From contig DAOVER010000008.1 of assembly GCA_030668875.1 (NCBI GenBank), positions 57,004 to 89,003 of the forward strand: 32,000 nt of DNA, read 5' to 3'. Within the stretch, counting starts at the first letter, position 1. Each line of letters begins with the position of its first letter. The notes beneath the pieces were generated by a model, which was given only the letters and a program-made list of their open reading frames with translations, was not told the DNA's origin and searched no databases. A program made the translations under genes and the position numbers. Of the stretch, positions 26,294 through 32,000 are shown one piece after another. Source of the stretch: Candidatus Heimdallarchaeota archaeon. GTDB lineage: Archaea > Asgardarchaeota > Heimdallarchaeia > Heimdallarchaeales > Heimdallarchaeaceae.

Positions 26294-29293
26294 ATGTCAG
26301 ATGAAAATATTCCAATGAAAAAAATAAACGAAGTAACATGGGAAATTCCTACATCTTTCAAAAAAGGTATGAGAGTACCTGCAAGATTGATTCTTTCCCC
26401 TGCTCTTAAACAAGGAATAGAAAGAAGAGTTGTCAATCAAATAACAAATGTTGCGACACTTCCAGGTATTCAAAAATATGCACTGGCACTACCTGACGCC
26501 CATGCAGGATACGGTTTTCCCATAGGAGGTGTAGCAGCTTTTGATATGGAAGAAGGCGTTATTAGCCCTGGTGGAGTGGGTTTTGATATAAATTGTCTCA
26601 CTGGAGATACAAAAATACTCTCGAATTTCGGATATACCATCAATATTGAAGATTTTTTGGATAGGTGGGAGAAGGAGAAATTAGTAACAATTGATTTTGA
26701 TAATTTAATTTCTGAAAGTTCTTCAATTAACCGCTTCTTAGAAGTAAAACCAGAATCAGTTTACAGAATTAAAACTAATGCTGGATATGAAATAAAAGCA
26801 ACAGGTGATCATCCCTTTTGGACTATGGAGGGAATGATTCAACTTAAAGATCTCACATGTAGCGATGAGATAGCTTTATACCCCTTTGAAGGAATTCCAT
26901 ATGAGAAACCTTCAGACCAAGTAATATTGGATGAAAAGGATTTTGAAAAACTTGACTTAAACTTTGACAAGCAGGCTCTCATTAAAGAACTTAGAAACCG
27001 TAATTTACTTCCCTTAAGGATGGATTCACCAAAATTTCCACTTCTTCTCAAACTATTCGGTTTTGTACTAGGTGATGGTTCATTAGTAACGTATTCTGAG
27101 AAGGGAAAAAGTACCGATAAAGGTACTGTGTGGTTCTATGGACAACCTGAAGATCTTGAAGATATAAGAACAGATATTTCAGAGTTAGGATGGACTTGTT
27201 CTAGAACCTATACACGTTATAGAGACATCGATTTTTCATCGAAGTATGGTGAAAAGATTATCCATTCTACAGAACATAGTGCTAAAGTATCAGCTAGATC
27301 TTTCTTAGCATTATTACATGCACTAGGTATTCCACTTGGTAATAAATCAAAACAAAATTGGACTTTACCATCTTGGTTCTTTGAACTTCCTCTTTGGATG
27401 AAAAGATTGTTTATTGCAGCCTATCAAGGAGCTGAGATGTCGACTCCTTCTACAGCTACTAATCTTGGTTATACATTTTATAGCCCAACAGTTGGAATGA
27501 ACAAAAGAATCAAATATATTGAATCAGGTTTAGAATTCTTTAAACAGTACGGAAAAATACTAAGTGAATTTGGAGTCAAGTACAGCATATCTGAAGAAAA
27601 ACACAATTATACAGATAGTAAAGGGGATGAAAGTTTCAGAATACGAATTCATATAAAGTCAGATTCTGTCAACTTAATTAATTTCTACTCAAAAGTAAAT
27701 TTCGAGTACAACAGAAGGAAAAGATGGTTAGCTAACGGTGCTGTTGTATATTTAAAACATAAAGAAAACGAGATTAAAAGGAGAACTGAAGCAAAAGAGA
27801 AAATACAATCGTTTTCGAATGATGGTATGGAGATTATGCAAATCACAGAAGCAATCACAAACAGTCATGGTGTAAATAGGAGGTTTGTTGAGCGAGTGCT
27901 TTATGGGGGCATGCAAACAAATCCACGCCCATCAAAGCAGTTTCCTCATTTTGATTCTTTTATAACATCACAGATTCCGACAACTAACAATAGTGGAATG
28001 ATATGGGATAAAATAGAAAAAATAGAAGAAATTGAAGATTTTGAAGGAAATGTTTATGATTTTACTGTAGAACACGATTCTCACAATTTCATAGCAAATT
28101 CAATGGTTGTTTCCAACTGTGGTGTCCGCATGCTTACAACTACATTAGAAGAGAGAGACGTCAAACCTAAAATCAAAGAACTTGTTGAAAAATTATATCA
28201 AAAGGTTCCTGCGGGCGTTGGTGTAAAACTCAAACATGATCCAAAATTAGCTGCTCTATCCTCCTCTGAATTTGTTTCAGTCTTAGAAAACGGAGCTGAA
28301 TGGTGTTTAGAGAATGGTTATGCTAGAGAGGAGGATGTTCTTCGTATTGAAAGTCAAGGAAAAATGCCAGAAGCTGATGCCTCAAAAGTGAGTGAAAAAG
28401 CTAAAACTAGAGGTCTTAGACAATTAGGCACTTTAGGTTCAGGAAATCACTATTGTGAAATCCAAGTAGTTAAACCTGGGGATATATTTGATGAAGACAT
28501 TGCAAGAAAATTTGGAATTGTAAAACCATATCAAGTAACTGTTATGATTCATTGTGGATCAAGAGGTTTTGGGCATCAAGTAGCTTCAGATTATCTACGT
28601 TCAAGCCTTAGAGCTATGCGTCAATATAAGATTCCCATTCTTGATCAGGAACTTGCTAGCGTTCCAATTAAGTCAAAAGAGGGTGAAGACTATTTTGTAG
28701 CAATGAGTTGTGCTTCTAATATGGCTTTCGCAAACAGACAGATTATCACTTATAACGTTAGACAAGTTTTCTCTGATGTTTTTAGCAAAGATGAAGATCA
28801 ACTAGGACTTGATCTTATCTATGATGTTGCACATAACATTGCTAAAATTGAAGAACATACAGTTGACGGTACAAAGAAGACATTAATGGTGCATAGAAAA
28901 GGAGCAACAAGAGGTTTTCCACCCAATCATAGTGAAATCCCACAGGAATACCGTGACATAGGTCAACCAATCCTCATTGGTGGTTCAATGGAAACCGGCT
29001 CTTATCTTCTAACTGGAACAGAAAAGTCAATGGAAGTTAGTTTTGGATCTACAGCACATGGTGCGGGAAGAACCATGAGTAGAAGTCAAGCTAGAAGGCA
29101 AGTTAGAGGTGATCTTTTACAAAAAGAACTTAGGGAAAAAGGCATTTATGTTAAAGGAGCATCGATGTCAGGATTAGCTGAAGAAGCAGGTTTTGCATAC
29201 AAAGACATTGATGAAGTCATTAATACTTTGAAATTAGCACAGATTAGTCATCCTATAGTAAGAGTTAGACCCATTGGAAATGTAAAGGGGTAA
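26294..29293 (+). CDS. rtcB: RNA-splicing/repair ligase RtcB precursor containing one intein (mature protein ~491 aa)
   Basis: LPDAHAGYGFPIGGV, PGGVGFDIN|CGVR (split by the intein), LGTLGSGNHY.E, HCGSRGFGH, HRKGATR, STAHGAGR, EEAG.AYKDI, GNVKG. Confidence 0.97.
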   Translation: MSDENIPMKKINEVTWEIPTSFKKGMRVPARLILSPALKQGIERRVVNQITNVATLPGIQKYALALPDAHAGYGFPIGGVAAFDMEEGVISPGGVGFDINCLTGDTKILSNFGYTINIEDFLDRWEKEKLVTIDFDNLISESSSINRFLEVKPESVYRIKTNAGYEIKATGDHPFWTMEGMIQLKDLTCSDEIALYPFEGIPYEKPSDQVILDEKDFEKLDLNFDKQALIKELRNRNLLPLRMDSPKFPLLLKLFGFVLGDGSLVTYSEKGKSTDKGTVWFYGQPEDLEDIRTDISELGWTCSRTYTRYRDIDFSSKYGEKIIHSTEHSAKVSARSFLALLHALGIPLGNKSKQNWTLPSWFFELPLWMKRLFIAAYQGAEMSTPSTATNLGYTFYSPTVGMNKRIKYIESGLEFFKQYGKILSEFGVKYSISEEKHNYTDSKGDESFRIRIHIKSDSVNLINFYSKVNFEYNRRKRWLANGAVVYLKHKENEIKRRTEAKEKIQSFSNDGMEIMQITEAITNSHGVNRRFVERVLYGGMQTNPRPSKQFPHFDSFITSQIPTTNNSGMIWDKIEKIEEIEDFEGNVYDFTVEHDSHNFIANSMVVSNCGVRMLTTTLEERDVKPKIKELVEKLYQKVPAGVGVKLKHDPKLAALSSSEFVSVLENGAEWCLENGYAREEDVLRIESQGKMPEADASKVSEKAKTRGLRQLGTLGSGNHYCEIQVVKPGDIFDEDIARKFGIVKPYQVTVMIHCGSRGFGHQVASDYLRSSLRAMRQYKIPILDQELASVPIKSKEGEDYFVAMSCASNMAFANRQIITYNVRQVFSDVFSKDEDQLGLDLIYDVAHNIAKIEEHTVDGTKKTLMVHRKGATRGFPPNHSEIPQEYRDIGQPILIGGSMETGSYLLTGTEKSMEVSFGSTAHGAGRTMSRSQARRQVRGDLLQKELREKGIYVKGASMSGLAEEAGFAYKDIDEVINTLKLAQISHPIVRVRPIGNVKG
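26594..28117 (+). mobile_element. Intein (508 aa) with LAGLIDADG homing endonuclease, inserted between Asn100 and the catalytic Cys of RtcB
   Basis: Block A CLTGDTKI; block B TGDHPF; endonuclease motifs LFGFVLGDG and FIAAYQGAE; block F VYDFTV..HNFIAN; block G VVSN followed by Cys(+1). Confidence 0.95.
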
Positions 29294-29301
29294 CTTCTTT
29301 T

Positions 29302-30333
29302 CTATTCTTTTCCTCTTAAATCAACAGTTTCCATTTCGAAATTGTGATTTTTTCCCCAGTTTTCAATTTTAGATAATGCTTCTTCAAGTGTCTCTGTTTC
29401 TGCTCCTGAAGCTGGTTTGTGTCCACCACCAGACATGCTTTGTGCTAGTAAATCTACTCTGAATTTATCCACCTCTTCAGTCGACAAAGCTTTACTTAAT
29501 CTAAAACTAATCTTCACTTCATTAGGATATTCAGTGATATATGCAGCTCCAATCGCTCCATTTTTCATAGCCTCACCTGCAATAAATGAAATGTTGTAAT
29601 GAACTGGTCTGTCAATAATGACAATAAAATCAGTCTTTTTTATTCCAGTAGCAATATCAAAAGCTCTTTTACGAGATGCTCTAAGCTTTCTTACACGATT
29701 CTGGATATTTCCCTTAAACACTCCTTCTAATCCTTCACTAGTTAAGACTTCTACTAGTTCTCTATGCTGATTAACAGAAAAAGCTGTTTTACAAGCATCT
29801 TCTAAAAGCCAGATTTTCCTATCCCAAGATTGGGTATATTCTTCTTCTAGTTCTAATGGAGGAGGAATACTATAGCTTGCAGTATCGGTGATTTCTGTCA
29901 TTTTAGCTAATTCTAGTAAATAATCAGGAAGTTGAGATGAAAAATATTCTCCAATAAGGAATGCAGCACTAGGCGCTCCTGCTTCAAAGATATATTTTGT
30001 TGCGTTTATTTCTTTATTCTCATTCGATATATGATGATCAAAGAAGTATTCCATTTTTTTCAAGTTGAAAGGTTCAAGATCAACTATAGCAAACCAATTT
30101 GCATTTTTCAGTTTGTCAGCCGCTTCCTTGCTTTTTAGAAGACCATAGTCAACAGGAATAAATTCAAGATTTTCACGTGAAAATAGATGTTTTATAAGTG
30201 ATGCTGAAACAATCCCGTCTGGACAATTGAAATGATAAGCAACCTTTTTTTCTTTGGTATCCAGAAGTTCCAAAACATCCTTTTTATATCTCTCTCTTCT
30301 ATTTAGTATATCTCCCACAGTTTTTTTTGACAT
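29302..30333 (-). CDS. DHH/DHHA1 family phosphoesterase (NrnB-like)
   Basis: YHFNCPDG..SA, VDL, FDHH, TDTA, S.R and GGGH...SG motifs. Confidence 0.8.
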   Translation of the reverse strand: MSKKTVGDILNRRERYKKDVLELLDTKEKKVAYHFNCPDGIVSASLIKHLFSRENLEFIPVDYGLLKSKEAADKLKNANWFAIVDLEPFNLKKMEYFFDHHISNENKEINATKYIFEAGAPSAAFLIGEYFSSQLPDYLLELAKMTEITDTASYSIPPPLELEEEYTQSWDRKIWLLEDACKTAFSVNQHRELVEVLTSEGLEGVFKGNIQNRVRKLRASRKRAFDIATGIKKTDFIVIIDRPVHYNISFIAGEAMKNGAIGAAYITEYPNEVKISFRLSKALSTEEVDKFRVDLLAQSMSGGGHKPASGAETETLEEALSKIENWGKNHNFEMETVDLRGKE

Positions 30334-30337
30334 TATA

Positions 30338-31123
30338 TTACCTTTGAAGTTTATTTACATATTTGCGAAGATTTGCTTGTAATTGTAAAGCTACTTCTTC
30401 TACTGTTTCCTTCTTCATTTTACTTATTTTCTTTAAAGTTTCTGGAATGATACTTGGTGACCCTATGATTTTTTCACCATTTATGTGGTAACTTACATCA
30501 CCATCTGATTCTGTTAATATTCTTTCATATGGTACCTCCTTAAGAATTTGAATGTGGGGAGACCCTGATAGAATTGAGGGATTGATGCTAAAAAAATAAC
30601 CTCTGTCTAGAAACTTCTTTAAAACTTCTTCTGGTCCTGAGTACCAATGAATAAGTACATTATTACTGGGAAACTTGTAAGAATCCAAGATTTCTGCTCC
30701 TTCTTTCTCTGCTCCTTTTAGGTGAATATTTACAGGATATTTATCCTTTTCAGCTAATTCTAAAAAAAACTTAAAAGTTTCAACTTGGTGAGGATACCTT
30801 TCTTCTTTTTTTATGAAATGATGATCAAGACCAATTTCTCCAATTACCAACACATCACATAGCTTGGTCAAATTAAGAAATTGGGATTTGATTTCTTCAG
30901 TCAAAGGTTTTTTTGCGCTCCAAGGGTGAATTCCTATACCCGGAATAATCTCTTTGTAAGAACTTTGCATTTCTACTATTTTCATAGAATCTGAAAGTTT
31001 GGTTGATACTCCAATCACATATTCTAATCCCATCTCTCTCCATTCCTCCATTGAGGTAGTTATTTCAAACTCCTTGAGAAAGCTCTTTCGAGAAATATGA
31101 CAGTGAGCATCATGAAATTTCAT
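30338..31123 (-). CDS. tatD: TatD family metal-dependent hydrolase/nuclease
   Basis: DAHCH, IGIHP, IGEIGLD, HWYSG, LTESD. Confidence 0.9.
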   Translation of the reverse strand: MKFHDAHCHISRKSFLKEFEITTSMEEWREMGLEYVIGVSTKLSDSMKIVEMQSSYKEIIPGIGIHPWSAKKPLTEEIKSQFLNLTKLCDVLVIGEIGLDHHFIKKEERYPHQVETFKFFLELAEKDKYPVNIHLKGAEKEGAEILDSYKFPSNNVLIHWYSGPEEVLKKFLDRGYFFSINPSILSGSPHIQILKEVPYERILTESDGDVSYHINGEKIIGSPSIIPETLKKISKMKKETVEEVALQLQANLRKYVNKLQR

Positions 31124-31173
31124 GAGAAGACTAGAAACGTATCGTTTATATCTTTCACGCTTTTAGTACATAT

Positions 31174-31368
31174 ATGGAAAAAAAACTTTTACCTTTAGAG
31201 GAAAGAGTTAGAAAATTGGAACAAGAAGTAGAAAGACTCAAAAAAATAATAGAAGCACATTTCCGAGATCCTAAATTTCCTGGTCCCTTACATCCAGATC
31301 CAACAAGAAAAAGGAAAGGTCCCTTTGATACGGGACACCCAGATGTAACCCCCCCTAAAGAGTATTAA
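31174..31368 (+). CDS. Small hypothetical protein (coiled coil plus Pro-rich tail)
   Basis: 64 aa; heptad LEERVRKLEQEVERLKKII; fills the gap between tatD and the GTPase gene. Confidence 0.55.
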   Translation: MEKKLLPLEERVRKLEQEVERLKKIIEAHFRDPKFPGPLHPDPTRKRKGPFDTGHPDVTPPKEY

Positions 31369-31395
31369 GCAAAATATCGCAAGAACGTGATTACA

Positions 31396-32000
31396 ATGTC
31401 CAGAAGGAGAATGAGTGCATCGTCTAAGAAAAGAGACTTTGATAATATGGTACGTAAGATGATTCACGGGAGCGATGTAATCGTAGAAGTAATAGATGCA
31501 AGATTTCCAACATTATCTAGAGTAAGAAGATATGAAAATTTAGTTTTACGTAATAGATCAAAACAGCTATTTGTTGCAATGAATAAAGTAGATTTAGTTC
31601 CTGATCCTGTCGTACAGAAGTGGAAGCATATCTTACAAGAGGAAAAAATAAAAGTTATTCCAACTTCAGCAAGAGAAAGGCTTAGTACTTCAATACTTAG
31701 GAATAGCATGATTAAAGCAGTAGGGAAAGATTTCTTTTATATTACCGCATGTTTTATAGGGTTACCAAACACCGGTAAAAGCTCACTAATCAATATATTG
31801 AAAGGCAGAGCAAGTGCTCCTGTCGCTCCTGTTCCTGGCTTTACAAGAGCTCTACAAGTATTAAGAATAACAACTAGATTGAGGATATATGATACGCCTG
31901 GTGTGATACCAAAGCAGCTATCATTAGGAGATCAAGTATTACTCGGACTTAAACGTTCAGAAAAATTGCCAGACCCAATAAGGGGAGCTTGGGCGCTTGT
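31396..32000 (+). CDS. Circularly permuted ribosome-biogenesis GTPase (RbgA/YlqF family), 3'-truncated by the window edge
   Basis: Not in the ORF track; my manual translation gives D..VEVIDARFP, NKVDL (G4), TSA (G5), GLPNTGKSSLIN (G1), PGFT (G2), DTPGV (G3), in the permuted order. Confidence 0.92.
   Translation, partial: MSRRRMSASSKKRDFDNMVRKMIHGSDVIVEVIDARFPTLSRVRRYENLVLRNRSKQLFVAMNKVDLVPDPVVQKWKHILQEEKIKVIPTSARERLSTSILRNSMIKAVGKDFFYITACFIGLPNTGKSSLINILKGRASAPVAPVPGFTRALQVLRITTRLRIYDTPGVIPKQLSLGDQVLLGLKRSEKLPDPIRGAWAL

Noticed and set aside
8159-31709. Remaining short ORFs antisense to or overlapping core genes (e.g. 12839..13294, 18654..19034, 19095..19277, 22331..22537, 26839..27051, 31464..31709)
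   Set aside because: They are shadows of well-supported genes; long antisense frames are expected opposite conserved genes such as hutH and the thermosome.

Overview
AT-rich archaeal chromosomal window, most likely from an Asgard archaeon (Heimdallarchaeia-like). The taxonomy is inferred from the group II chaperonin, archease/RtcB, the split GcvPA/PB, GGTGA/GGAGG ribosome-binding motifs and the style of the LRR and surface proteins. Positions ~1-6,800 form an accessory region of surface and secreted proteins: a NosD-like beta-helix protein end, an S8 subtilase with Asp-rich Ca-binding repeats broken by one in-frame TAA, an ICMT/PEMT-family membrane methyltransferase, a clan-CD cysteine peptidase and an LRR protein. 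The most unusual structure is a ~205-bp direct repeat (2409-2612 / 6560-6765) that duplicates the 3' end of a winged-HTH regulator gene, differing only at synonymous sites, and brackets a ~4-kb cargo with no integrase. The repeat copies carry an apparently covarying hairpin, and the left copy abuts a set of GGAGCTAG inverted-repeat pairs. Positions ~6,700-32,000 look like core genome: wHTH regulator, ATP-NAD kinase-like protein, DegT aminotransferase, metallophosphoesterase, two divergent histidine ammonia-lyase-family paralogs plus hutI, a PNPOx-like/MenA fusion, thermosome, a thioredoxin-V4R-V4R protein, gcvH-PA-PB, archease head-to-head with an intein-containing rtcB, a DHH/NrnB-like phosphoesterase, TatD and a partial RbgA/YlqF-type GTPase. 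I saw no tRNA, rRNA, CRISPR array, transposase or integrase. All alignments and motif calls were made by eye.
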